DNA of 64,000 nt from Chiloscyllium plagiosum (Eukaryota): positions 32,194,791 to 32,258,790 of the forward strand of contig NC_057718.1 of the NCBI RefSeq assembly GCF_004010195.1, given 5' to 3'. The first letter of the stretch is position 1. Each line of letters starts with the position of its first letter. The translations under genes and the position numbers were made by a program. Under the pieces are notes generated by a model. It saw only the letters and a list, made by a program, of their open reading frames with translations, had not been told where the DNA came from and searched no databases. Below are positions 1 through 12,807 of the stretch, in pieces.

Positions 1-232
1 TTTGGGGGGGGTGGGGTATACTGGCAGGTTTAACATCTTTTCTGGTTGCAGGTGAAGGTACCTGGGGGTGTGGGGGTGGGGATTGGTGGGGAGAGTGGTG
101 CTAACCAAGGATTGGCACAGGTAACAATCCTTGTGGAAGGCAGAGAGGGGTGGGGTGGAGAAGATGTTCTTGGTGGTGCGGTCTAATTGAAGTTGGCGGA
201 AATGTTTAAGGATGACATGCTGGAAATGTGTA
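1..232 (-). mobile_element. Penelope-like element (PLE) coding fragment, linker upstream of GIY-YIG endonuclease
   Basis: Manual minus-strand translation gives VILKHFRQLQLDRTTKNIFSTPPLSAFHKD...(frameshift)PGTFTCNQKRC*TCQYT. This resembles the PLE linker with its Cys cluster; it is degraded. Confidence 0.7.
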
Positions 233-329
233 AGCATAAATGCAAATATTAAGTGTGGCTCAAGACTCAGGTAGCTGTTCATTTATGTTCTCATTTGGTT
301 TCTTCTTGTTTCTGTTAACCAGTCTTCCC

Positions 330-1180
330 CTCTGTAATTTTCTCTTGAAACCCAGTTCTTTTGGACTGTTCTCCAGGTACCCTGTAGTATTTTACATACT
401 TTTTTTTAATGTGTCAATATCATCATTGAATTTCAGCAGGTTATTCAGTAATGGGGTTAACTGAAGTGTGTGTAGGCTTGTCTTCACTGGAATTACACAA
501 GGATATTTTCCAAAAAACATGAGCCAGTCCGACTTAGTTTCTTTGGATTAAGTTGCAAGTGGATCAATTTACTGTATGTCCTGTGCAGTTCCTAGGCCCA
601 CTGTACAACCAGGTGCCCAATCAATTGTGCCACTTTGTCCTCAACGGTATGTTTCACTTGGTCCTGGATCTCAGCCAGTACATGTGCACTTTGGTATTCT
701 TTTGCAAATTGTCAAATAAAGGGTGTTAACTCTCGAGTTAAATTCAGGTAATTTGGCAATTCATTCTTTGGCTTTGACATAGTTTCAAAGTAGAAAATTC
801 ATATCAGTCTGTCAATGTTGCTAGGCATTGAGTCAAACATAAAAGACTTCAGATAGCGATCTTGTACTTTTCAAGATGAATGACCTTCACCAACTAGCTT
901 CAAGTACCAACTACAAATAGTTGGAGTTTTGTTCCATTAAGGGTGGTCATTTTGTAAAACATGAAATAAACAAGCATTGAGGATTTTGCAAGCTCTGCAA
1001 TTTGCATTGAAAGAATAATTTCATATCTTGTGTTTGACTTTCTAAACAACTGAATATTCTCTATTCCCTGTTTTGAAAAGCAATTGGTAATCAATGCATT
1101 TATATAAAGTACAAATAAATATTGATGTCTGATATCTAACATACACCATCCCACATCAATGTAATGCATTGCAGTAAATA
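330..1180 (-). mobile_element. Highly degraded Ty3/Gypsy pol relic (RNase H to integrase)
   Basis: Frameshifted minus-strand pieces occur in Gypsy order: QIAEL (~QIEKEL), QNDHP (~TDHKP), HLEKYKI (~LQKYDL), PKNELPNYLNLTRELT, CKRIPKC/MYWL (~CKRRAR..YWP), FGKYPCVIPVK (~FSKYPEVIP). Boundaries are approximate. Confidence 0.45.
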
Positions 1181-2504
1181 TGAAAAGGGAGTAACAGCCA
1201 ATTTCTGCTCATTTTTCTGATCTTGATTATCTCGTCTCTGTGGAGATGCAAGTGATTTATAAATATTTATAAAAACCTTCACTCAACAAGTTGCTGTGCA
1301 TGAGGACCTGGCCCAGAACTGACCAGCCTACTCATCCTCAACCACCCCCACAGCACTGAGAAGACAGAAATGTCAAATGTTAATGGAACTTTGGCATTTG
1401 AACCTAAGTCAAGAGCGTAATTGTAGTTTAGTGCCTGTGTAGCTTCAAGTTGATGGATGATTTTGGGTATAATCCAGTCAGTGGCTGTTTTCAGTTTGAC
1501 ACTTCCCGTTATTGCTGAATGAACATGCAGCTGAAGATTGGTAGAACACTGTTGGTAAGGACAGCACATAGTAATGATACAGAAATTGACACCATCATGA
1601 TGCACTCTGTGGAGGCTAATACATGTAGAGCATTCACTCAAGTGACACGCTAGCTTGTGAAACTTCCGTCCAGAAAGAAATAAATGAACAAACAAGAATA
1701 TTATAAATCAAAAATAATTGATGGTGTATCCTCTGAAATTTCCTGAGCCTTTGAAAACAGAACATGGTGATGTTTGCTATCATTAGTTATGTTTTCGAAT
1801 GTTGAGAGTTGCAGCTGTTTTGTTCTTCTTGTCTGATATATCATGGCACGTTTGTCACTTCATTCCGTAATTCTTATCACTGCTATTTTATTTTTAAAGA
1901 GGCAATAGCAGGCATTTCAAAGTCATTCCCACTTAAAAAACAAACACTCTAGTCTGTGCAAAATGTTGCAGTTTTATTCTGATTGAAGGCTGGAATGCAA
2001 GAATCAGAAAGTGTAAAGAATACCTTGAAAGTCAAGTTGCCACTGAAGCTACTAACTGGTTATTCAAATAGTTTCAGTGATACCGTGCATAGTACAAGCT
2101 CTCTATTAATAAAACTCAATAATGTTGATCATAATGTATGATGACATGTATAATTGTGTATGATGAAACTCTACGAATAATGGTCAGCTCAACTTTATTA
2201 ACATACATTGTCCTTGCAGTGATTAAACATTGCCCAGTCTAAACAGCACACTGATTAAAACTAGTGAGCGGCCATAGGGTGAGTTGTATCAGCCAGCTGT
2301 TCAGGAATCCAGGGGAGATATGGCCATAAGCCTCACCTAGTTGGAATGCATAAATGTGGTTGTAAAATTGGTATCAGTCGGCAGCTTGCTGATTTCAAAC
2401 CTGAGGAATTCCATTGCACAGGTAGTTCCTATGATGAGGAGGTAGACTGAATGGTAAGGTGTGAAGAGACTGGGACATCCAAGTTGGCAGTGATCCATGG
2501 TTTA

Positions 2505-3152
2505 CATAGAGTCATAGAAATGTACAGCATGGAAACAGACCCTTCGGTCCAACCCGTCCACGCCGACCAGATATCCCAACCCGATCTAGACCCACCTGCC
2601 AGCACCCGGCCCATATCCCTCCAAACCCTTCCTATTCATATACCCACCCAAATGCCTCTTAAATGTTGCAATTGTACCAGCCTCCACCATATCCTCTGGC
2701 AGCTCATTCCATATACGTACAACCCTCTGCGTGAAAAGGTTGCCACTTAGGCCTCTTTTATATCTTTCCCCTCTCACCCTAAACCTATGCCCTCTAGTTC
2801 TGGACTCCCCGACCCCAGGGAAAAGACTTTGTCTATTTATCCTATCCATGCCCCTCATAATTTTGTAAACCACTATAAGGTCACCCCTCAGCCTCCGATG
2901 CTCCGGGGAAAACAGCCCCAGAAAGCATACCAAACACCGCCTTCACTATCCTATCTACCTGTAACTCCACTTTCAAGCAGCTATGAACCTGCACTCCAAG
3001 GTCTATTTGTTCAGCAACACTCCCTCAGACCTTACCATTAAGTGTATAAGTCCTGCTAAGATTTGCTTTCCCAAAATGCAGCATCTCACATTTATCTGAA
3101 TTAAACTCCATCTGCCACTACTCAGCCCACTGGCCCATCTGGTCCAGATCCT
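2505..3152 (-). mobile_element. CR1 (HER1-like) LINE 3' fragment with internal deletion
   Basis: ORF 2586-2933 (LFSPEHRRLRGDLIVVYKIMRG...TRGHRF...VVRIWNELP) is a CR1 RT C-terminus. The (CTCTATGA)-type tail lies at ~2505-2520. About 200 bp is missing at 2920/2921 relative to the copies at 12941 and 39562. Confidence 0.92.
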
Positions 3153-3533
3153 TCGTGATAGAGCCAGGAGGAAATGTTGTTTTTCTTTAGCTGCACAGAA
3201 ATATACCAATGCAACTGTTTTGCGCCTTTATATCTAATAATTAGCAGTGAAGTTGTTAAGGATCTCTGAGGCCACTGAACACCACAGTACGCCTGTGGAG
3301 TGCATGCACTGTCCTTGTCCTTGAAATTATAATGAGATTCCTAAGTATTTTGTAATCGTAAGCAATTAGCATTCTCTCCACCCACAGGAAAAGCCTTTCA
3401 AAGTAGTCGTGAATAGAGCATCCTTATTAACAGGATTGTGATCTACCTATTTCATTTTGAGGGCGTAACTCCCTCATCAATGAAGGTTTGGGAAAATAAA
3501 ATTCAGAGCGTGTAACAGCTGATGTGACAAAAT

Positions 3534-3633
3534 CAAGAATGTGGTGTTGGAAAAGCATAGCAAGTCAGGCAGCCTCAAAAGGAGCAAGAGAATCAACGTT
3601 TTGGGCACAAGCCCTTCATCACGAATGAGGCCC
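3534..3633 (-). mobile_element. Short Penelope-derived terminal-repeat insertion (family A), decayed
   Basis: Similar to 42432-42663. Imperfect flanking direct repeat ATGTGACAAAAT (3522-3533) / ATGTCACAAAAT (3634-3645). Confidence 0.6.
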
Positions 3634-4084
3634 ATGTCACAAAATGACTACTATTGATGTACATCGGAAGTCTAATCATGGTACAACACAGTCTCTACTA
3701 ATTGGACATATTTGGGGATTTGACTTCCAGAAGTGGTTGGATTATGGTTGGGTCCGGCAAGAAAGTATTTTAAACATCTCATACCAGCCAGACATTCGCC
3801 CATTTCCAGTTCTCACAGAAACAGATGAGAGGGCAGGCAACCACTCTTCCCTTACGAAATAGATCAGTTACTAAAATCTTTCAATGAGACTGTGTCCATC
3901 CATTTCAACAGACAGACCCTGTTTCGCTGCAGCAAGAGCCATATCCCACAGTGTATGAATTATAAATCTTTAAAGAGGTTCTAAAATAGTCTTGAGGAGT
4001 GGATAAGGGCCCTTTAGAAATTTGAAGAAATATGCCTACCTGCATTGGAATGTTGAGTTATATGTCAACATAACCCTATATGCA

Positions 4085-5030
4085 ATTATGCAAGCATTTT
4101 AATGATCGCTATATTTTTATAATCATTTTATTAACAGCTCTGTCCATGTGTCCTGCCACTTTTAATAACTTATGTACAGATATATCAGGTCTCTTTTTTT
4201 GTACACACCCTTCAGAACAGTACTCTTCATTTTATGTCCTTTTGTGTTTTTTATACTGAAAGTACATCACCTCACACTTCTCCAAATTAAACATCATTTG
4301 CCCCTTACCTGCCCACCCCACCAACTTCTCAATGTCTTTGCAAAGTTCTCCACTGAGCTCCTCACAGTTTACAAAGCTCCCAAGTTTTGTGTCTTCTGCA
4401 ATCTTTGAAATGATCTCCTATAAATTAAGAGCTAGATCATTTAGGTAAAGCAAGCGTCTCTATACTGGTCCCTGGAAACTCTATTATGAGCCTTCCTACA
4501 GCCCAGGAAAGACCCATTACTATTACACTCTCTGTTTCTTATCCCTTTTCTAACTGACCCTTTTATTCTGCAACCAAGTGCTTTCCTTATAAGTCTATTG
4601 TGTGATGTTGCATTGAACGCATTTTGAAAGTCCATGTATGTGCACCCCTCATCAATCTCTTCTGCTCCCTTTTCCAAAAACTCCAGTAGGATAGTTCGAC
4701 ATGACTTCCTGAAGAAATCAATGCTGATCCTTCCCAATCCACAACTTTCATGTACCTATTCACTCTCTACTGAATATTGTTTCGAGACATTTCCCCACTG
4801 CGTCACCAAAGTTAAACTGACTGTTCCATAATTACTGGTCGATTTTTGCAACTTCTATGAACACAGGTAAATGTTTCCAAATCTCCAGTCGTCTAGCCCC
4901 ATCCACAATTCTGGGAAAAATTGAAAGGCAGTCTGCAATTTCCATTCTCCCTTCCTTCAATATCCTTTTATGTATCTCATCCAGTTCTGATGCCTAAGCA
5001 TGGACTGCTTTTCCAAAATTATCAATTATA
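4085..5030 (-). mobile_element. Old CR1 LINE RT fragment
   Basis: ORF 4441-4737 (LLEFLE...IDEG..YMDFQNAFN..SHNRLIRK) matches CR1 RT domains; many lesions. Confidence 0.75.
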
Positions 5031-5773
5031 AGCCCTTCTAGTGATTGGAAAAGAATCATTGTTCTTGAAAAAATTAACTCTGTTTCTCTCTCCACAGATA
5101 TGCCAAACCTGCTGAGTTTTTACATCAAGTTTTGTTTTTATTATTATAGAATCGGTTGTATTGAAGGTGACATTATGATACAAGTGAGGGCGTTGTGATG
5201 AGGGTTGAGGCTATTTAAAGCTCTTAAATGGGCTTTTATGGGACATTTTAAAAATCATGGAGGAACTTTGTAACAAATATTTAGAACCTAATTTTGGTTC
5301 ATCCCAGCCTCTTGTCTGCTTGTGGTGAACACTGTGTGAGTTGCTGTGAGATGTAAGATATATGGGTGGGAGGGGAATGGGTTCATAAGTTGGTATGACT
5401 TCACACTAAATTGGCATTGAGATTTTCAAGGTAAAATGAGTTAACACTGTTTGAATTTGTGCCATTGAAGCCAAAGTGTCAAGACGTGGTATAGGGGTTA
5501 TAAGGAGCCATGGGGTAGGTGGGGTATATGTTGGCATAGGACCTATAAAGAGCAACATAGCTAGGTGTGAGAAAAATGGACAGGCATGGAGAGTTTGAGG
5601 GGCCGTTGGAGGTTGGGGGCGGGGTGGGATGTTGGCACAAGTTGGAATGTAATGTTTTCGGGTATGGGTAGGGGTTGGGGGGGATGCGGGCCTAAGGCAG
5701 GCTTTTAAAATAGCCCAGCCTGGCACTCCGCAGGTCCAAAGGCTGACTTTGACTTTGACCTGTGGGATAATGG

Positions 5774-6145
5774 GCCCAACTCCATCCCATACATGACCCC
5801 GCACCTCAGCTTAAATCATGCTATTCAGGCAGTTTCTTTCAAGTGCACTGATCCAGGTAATGGTCTGATTCCAGCTAGCTGCCTTAGAATTGACAATTCA
5901 GCCCACTGACTGTATTAATTCAGTCAATTTTCTTTGCTAATTTGCTGATGATTGTTCATGCCCAACTCCATCCCATACATGACCCCGCACCTCAGCATAA
6001 ATTATGCTATTCAGGCAGTTTCTTTCAAGTGCACTGATCCAGGTAATGGTCTGATTTCAGCTAGCTGCCTTAGAATTGACAATTCAGCCCACTGACTGTA
6101 TTAATTCAGTCAATTTTCTTTGCTAATTTGCTGATGATTGTTCAT
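5774..6145. repeat. Tandem duplication, 2 x 186 bp
   Basis: 5774-5959 and 5960-6145 are near-identical, each running GCCCAACTCCATCCC...ATTGTTCAT. Confidence 0.95.
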
Positions 6146-7969
6146 GTGTACAACCTTGCTGTGAACTCTGACACTGCTGATAGCCCCTGTGGATAGTGAT
6201 GAAAGGACACACTGACACTGCAGATAGCACACACCAAGGCTGGTAAGAACACATACTGACACTTCTAATAAGACATATTGACTCTGCATTTAATGCACAT
6301 TTTCACTGTTAATCAGCCACTCACAAACAAATAATGTACAGTTGTGTTGCAAACCAAGTAAAATGGCAGCATTAATGCTGAGACTGAATAAGAAAATTGA
6401 ATTGACACTGACCGACGCTGTTTGTTTGCATTCTGTTTATACATGTTTATAACTCCAGCAAAATGACTCAAATTTGAATGGTCTAGAGATAATTTCATAT
6501 TTTGCTAACATGGTGGAAATTTTATTATGACCTTGTACATAAACGTACAACTGCTGCTGTGATATTTGTACAGACTGAGAATTTTCACAAATAAATTCAA
6601 ACTTCATTTAATAGGTGAAACAATGACAAATCATAATGTCACACTTTTAGATAGTTACTCTGTAAAAAGTGTCTGAAATATTGTTATCTAAATACTATCT
6701 ATGTAGGAAACTTATACTTAAATAAGAGTGGAATGCACTCCTTCTTATTCTTAACCCAATAAGAAAACACACAATACACATACACTTGACATTTTTCTTT
6801 ATCTAGACATTCAATTTTCCTTAGGCTCAATCCAATGTGATTAATGTTTATTCCTGTTATTTTTCTTAGCCAAGCACTTTCAATCTTCCAGCTATCTTTC
6901 ACGATGAGTTTTCTTTTCCCAAATACTCTCAATATATTACTGTAGAGGATGGGAGGGGACAGTCATTTGGTAGAAGGATGGGGGTGAGAGTTTTTGGATT
7001 GGCAATGGCGAGAGTTGTAGTCCATGAGACTTTGTGAGAGATGTGTGCCATGGCAGTGTTATATTGAGTGAGATCCTGTGAGATTGAGACAGCAGGGAGA
7101 AGATGGTGGCACTTACTCTTGCATACAGCAGATGATAATTACCCTTCTCCCTGCGTTGCTGCTGGGCGCAGCATTTCATATGGAACACAGCACTTTTGTC
7201 CTGGTTATTATTTTAGTCCAGATGAGCTGGGTCTGGTAGACAGCCTCCTTTTTGCCAGTCAGTGGGATACAACATCGCCCTCCTGTCTACCCTATTGGCA
7301 TACCAAGAAGATAACTTGCTCTTCTGGGATATTTCCATGAGGACAATGGTGTCGAACCAAAGTGAGACAGCTACATTCTAGCTTGCAGCATCTGAATTCC
7401 TGGGAATTAAATATGGTGCCTGTAGTTTGGGCATCACAATGTCCCAGCAGAGGTGGAACACCCGACTTTCTGGCCTCACAGTTCCATCAACCGGGCACCA
7501 CAGAGGCCGGTGGCATAATTAGTAAGCAGAAGATTGTCTGAGAACAGTCAATGTAGGTCAAGGCAGCACAGCCACCATGCACTGCACCTCAACAAACACG
7601 GGAAAATCCAGCCATTATCTCTGACAGTGAAAACCTTGCAACTTCTTCACAGTTAAATAATCTGAAGCTTCCTTTGACCTCTCTATCCATCAAACCACCT
7701 AAACCTACTCTTCTGCAGACTTCAGAACAACTCATATGACCCTCTTCATTTTACCTTGAACTTAAAGGTAGAAGAGTAATGGGAGTTGAACCATTAACCC
7801 TTTCTCTCTGTAAAGATGCTGCCAGACCTGCTGAGTTTCTCCAGCACACTCCATTGTAACAATTTTATAAACTTCATAGTTGTAGCACTGCATAGAACAC
7901 ATCAATCTGTTTTCACTGTTATTTTGTTGATTAGTGACTTATTTCCTTTTGGAATATTGATTAATGTGA

Positions 7970-8277
7970 GGGTGGCATGGTGGTTAGCACTGCTGCCTCT
8001 TAGCACCAGGGTCCCAGGTTTGATTCCAGCCTTGGGTGACTGCCTGTGTGGAGTTTGCACATTCTCCCCGTGTCTGTGTGGGTTTCCTCCAGGTGCTCTG
8101 GTTTCCTCCCACAATCCAAAGATGTGAAGGTCAGGTGAATTGGCCATGCTAAATTGCCCACAGTGTTCGGTGCATCATTCAGAGGGAAATGGGACTGGGT
8201 GGGTTACTCTTTGGAGGGTTGGTGTGGAGTTGTTGAGCTGAAGGGCCTGTTTCCACACTGTAGGGAATCTAATCTAA
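7970..8277 (+). mobile_element. HE1-type tRNA-derived V-SINE
   Basis: tRNA-like head (TGGTTAGCACTGCTGCCTC...), V-domain core GGAGTTTGCACATTCTCCCCGTGTCTG, LINE-like tail GAAGGGCCTGTTTCCACACTGT, AATCT repeat end. Confidence 0.9.
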
Positions 8278-11200
8278 AACATAGGTTACATTATCATTGA
8301 TTTTGAAATAATTTCACCTATTGAACTTTGCTTGACCTTTTCTCATTGCATGAAGTAGAGCACTACATAGGATTAGAATTGTCCATTTTCTGTTTTATAT
8401 ACCATCTATCCTTACCAATGCTAAAGTATATTTGCAATTTTTTCTCAAGTTTCTATTGTGACTGAAGCTAAACTGTCCACTCCGAGGACTGCAGCAGTTT
8501 TCTTGTTGCTTAAGCTTAGTTCAAGCATCAATCAACCAGCAATCCTGCACGGGTGAACAGATGTAGAGCAAAGTTTACTTTGCAACGTCTCAACAATTTG
8601 TCTCAACCCAAAACTCAGAATGTACCCCATATTGTATCTGTATGGTTGTTATGCCATTCCTACAGTCTGTTTTGTGCATCAAACAGAGATTACACAGGAT
8701 TGATGTTATTTGCTGCCTTCTTGTAAGTTAGTTCTGTGTGTTCCTGTTTATTTCACTCACAGCTGCTGTAAGTTTAAAGGGGGCGGGATGTTCGAACCCC
8801 TCAAATTAGGTTGTACTTGAACTCTTTTTTTTGGAATTGGAAGAACGCAATAGTGAGAATGCATTACATTCAATAGCCTCAGGCTTCAGTTTGCTGTAAC
8901 TGCAAATACTCTTGTGCTGGATTATACAATAATGGCAGGGACCTGCACCCCAGTTTAAATATTTCAGCTGACATGCTTCTTTAAATTGTCATGATGTGGG
9001 GATTTTATTTGTCTCCAGGAGGATGTGCTGTCTCATACAGGTGTCAGCTAATCTGAGGTCAGTGGCTCTATACCACCCCAGGATTGGTGGCCACTGCTGT
9101 TATTGCAGGAGGCCTAGCAGAATGAGGGGCCATGGATATCCCAAAATCCAGTTTCATGTGGAATCTTGTGGGGGAAGAATGTTGGTAGGGTGGGGGTGAG
9201 CGTGGGGTTTGGGGAGGAGATGCAGATGTGGCCTTGCTGGGTTGCAGATGGGTGGATTGTGTGGACTGGAGATCTCATATTGGTACAGAATTCTGGGAAG
9301 GAGGCATCCTGGCCTTCTTTGACCAGCAGTCTGGAGGGTCAATCTTCTCATCATAGATTGGCCAGTCCAGCCATTCTTTTTATGAAGTGGTATCAGCAAC
9401 CTGAGTCCCTCAGTTGGATGTGACTGCCTATTTGAGGGCCTCAACTGGGCCATGGCTGGGCACTCTGCCAGATACCTCCCCTTCTGCCTGTATAATTATG
9501 ATGGGCAGAGGGGCCAGTGGTGGTCATGCTGTCGACAGCACAGCATCCTTATGTACCCATCTGTTTTCCTGCCTATCAGTGGCCATTCACTTCAGGCTTT
9601 TTGAGGACAGTGTTTGGAAAGCTTTATCTAGTTTTAGGCTGATTAACTCACTGTGACCATCTGCTATTTAATGAGGATTTCAGATGTTAGTTGGCCTGCA
9701 CTAGAACAGGGGGAGACTGTATTTTCTTGTTATAAAGGTCAGGCTAAATTTGCCATGTCAAAGTATTTCACGAAAAATTGCATCATGTCACCGTGACTCC
9801 AGAAACAAAAAAATACACTTTGTTATGCTTTGCCACAGGATGCCTGTGTGTTTGCAAGTACAAGCACTCACAGCATTTCACAGAAGAAGAGCAAATAAAT
9901 TAGTCTTTTTTGTTCTGGATTGTTATTGTCTGGATTCTGTGTTCAATGAGGCCCTTTTTCTAAAAAGGAACACAGATCATTCCCATCAAGGGATGGCTTC
10001 ATTAAAGCTCTATTTTCACATGAGTATATTCTCATAAATTTCTACACAATCTATTCTGAAGGTAGTGAGTAATGTTGGGTTGTAGGTCTGTGAGCATTAG
10101 TTGACTTTTGATACTGCCCTTCCACTCTTTCTGTGTGACATCTGAGAAAGGGAATGTCAACAGGATGTTTAACTGTGGATGGAACTTCATAGCCAAGTTG
10201 AATCCTATCCACATCCCATTTACATATATGTTGTGCATACTGGAGTATTGTGTCCAATTCTATCCAAGCAGAGATCAACTAATTTGACATAGAGCAGAGC
10301 TTCTGCTTTTGTGTGGCTTTCTATCAGACCAAATGGTGCATTTACTTATTGTAGCAAACAGAAACATACGTTTAACATCAGGCCCAGCTGATGATTTTAT
10401 TGTATCATTACATCACTGTCAAGTCACGAAAAACTCTGATCTTATTAACTTGACTTACAATCTTGAAAGGTAATTCAACATGCTCCTGGATTAATTGAAA
10501 ATAAATTTGTTTTTCATGCTATCACTAAATTGGGTGAATGTAATATTATGCCGAGATTTAAGCTGCGGCCTGTGCTGAATTTTCAGATGAAAAATAGCTT
10601 CATACCCTCTTCCAACTTGCCAAGAACTGATACCTAATTAAGTTGTTCCTATGGAAACAAGCACTGCTAAGTAAAAATTTATCCCAAGTAAAATCTCAAA
10701 GTAAATCAAGTTACAGCACAGTAAATGCATCAAGCAGTATACTTATACATGAGTAAATTGAATCCAGAGAGCAGATGGTGGTTACATAATTGGATATCAA
10801 GAGGAGAAGAAAATAAATCCAGTTTGTATAAAAGCAAACCTCAAAATTAGTAATTACTATCTGACAGTATATTTGATCTGAATCCAGCTCCTGGCAAGAT
10901 CATTTGCACTGTAATCGGAAGAGATATGATGTGATCTGAGATATCTATGTAGTTTTAGATACTGTAAATTAAGGAATTTGTACAAACTTATGGTACAGCT
11001 TTTATGTATTTTAATGTTTGCATCTAGTGCATTGACATTATTGATGGGGAGACTTGTTCATCTGCTTTATTCTCCTGGGCGGATGCGAAAGTAAAATCGA
11101 GCAGAAAGTAAATAGTTTACACCACAGGGAGTGACCATTTCCTTTTGGGAAGATGCTACATTGCTAATAATTTACATTTGTTCAGGACATCAGAATATAT

Positions 11201-12394
11201 TTCTTTACACTCCATGACAACTCAGGTGTCTTTTATTCACACCTCGAAAGACTAAAAAGACCAGAAAACCGAAGGGTTTTTTCCATAAGCGAACCCGAAC
11301 TGCCCCGAACTGACCTAAAAGTGAAATTTGTTTCCCCCAAAGGGCCCGATCTCAACACGTGTGCAGGTCTGTTTGGAACCGCTCGGGACAAACAAAGCTT
11401 CTTCCCTCAGAGGAGCCGAACAGACCTGAGAAAGAATAACAAGTACAAGAGATAATAACAGAAACAAAACGTTTATAGATGCCTTCAGGATCTGGATAAA
11501 GATAATGTGAACCTATTTCCCAACAGGCTGGAGTTCAAGAGTTAAACGAATATTTTGATTTTGGTTGTGAGATGATTAGCAAAAGGTTTTATAAATATCC
11601 TTCCTCCCTAAATAAGTGGTTTTCCGATAAAGGATCATGTGGAGTGTGTAAGATGCAGCATTTCATGATATGATTGCTGACTGTTGTGATTTGATTTGAC
11701 CTGCACATCACTGACTGCAGGCTCTCTCTCTCTCCCTTTCCCTCATGCCTAGCTTGCTCGTTCAATCACTTCAGGTAATGAATGTGGTATTACACTTGGG
11801 TGAGATCAGTATCAGTCAACTTCAGCAGTTTTCAGCTCATAAAATGCAGAAGGGAGGCTCCCTCTCAAAATGCGAGTTTTGAATTGCTTTGAGGCCCATG
11901 GAAGAGCATCAGAATTTTCAAACTGAAAAGATGGAGGTCCATTGTGGTTGCCTTTTTCCATCTAGTAGTCACAGGATACAATGGTATTGGAGTTGATGAT
12001 TGGTCACAATGATAATCTCTATCAGATAGTCTCTGACAAACTCAGGCATGAGGTTGAGAATTATCCCAGTGGTGAAAGATTTCGAAACTATAGGTCTAAA
12101 AGTTATCTGTTCCTCTCAAGCATGCTGTGTGCTCATATCTCAAAATAGTATTTTTTTGAAGTACAGTATATATTTAAATGTACATTCGAGCTAATTTTAT
12201 TCAAAACACAATTGTGCAGCATTTCCTGTCAAAATAACACTGAGGCTAAAAAAGCTTGCTGCTATTTATACAAGTATGAGTCAGCGTTTTCAGGTAATAG
12301 GCAGGTGCGTGTTTAAACTCCAACATCCAAAAAATGCTGTCTATATCAATCCATCATCTCATTGTATGCCTCATCATTGAAATGCACTGAAATA

Positions 12395-12550
12395 AACAAA
12401 GAGCTGTGGAAGCTGGAGATTTGAAACAAATAAAAATAGAAATTTCTGCTAGAAACGCAGCAGGTCTGGCAGTATCTATGCAGAGAAAGCAGAGTTCACG
12501 TTTTGATTTCAGTAACCCTTCTTCAGAACTTCTCCAGCAATTTCTGTTTG
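12395..12550 (-). mobile_element. Penelope-derived terminal-repeat fragment (family C)
   Basis: Same motif string (GCTGGAGAT..GAAAC...CAGCAGGTCTGGCAG...CCCTTCTTCAGAAC) as 25448-25591 and 63683-63963. Further partial copies occur near 5060, 7790, 17190, 23160, 31705 and 41810. Confidence 0.6.
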
Positions 12551-12807
12551 GATTAGGTGTGTTGATTTAAAATGAACAATGAAGAGTGAAATTTCAATCC
12601 TTCAATCTTTAGTTATTGTTGGAGATTATAAAAATGTAAAATTTAACTTATTTTTTCCTTTTTGTCTCAGTTATTTCCAGGATTTAATTATTTCCTTTTC
12701 TCTCTTTAGTTTTCTTTCTGCACCTGATTTTCACCCTATCCTTTGTTTTAAATCTCTTTCTGTTATTACCACAGTCCTTCAATTTGATTGGTTAAGGAGG
12801 TATATTG

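Noticed and set aside
1279..1695. 138-aa Cys/His-rich ORF as a zinc-finger or transposase gene
   Set aside because: Cys/His spacing does not fit a canonical finger and no supporting downstream domain was found.
7970..8045. tRNA gene
   Set aside because: It is the tRNA-derived head of a SINE, continuous with the V-domain; the same applies to the other SINE heads.
11263..11430. CpG-rich CCCGAAC-repeat patch as a promoter or hAT end
   Set aside because: Too short and degenerate; no TIR pair or TSD found.
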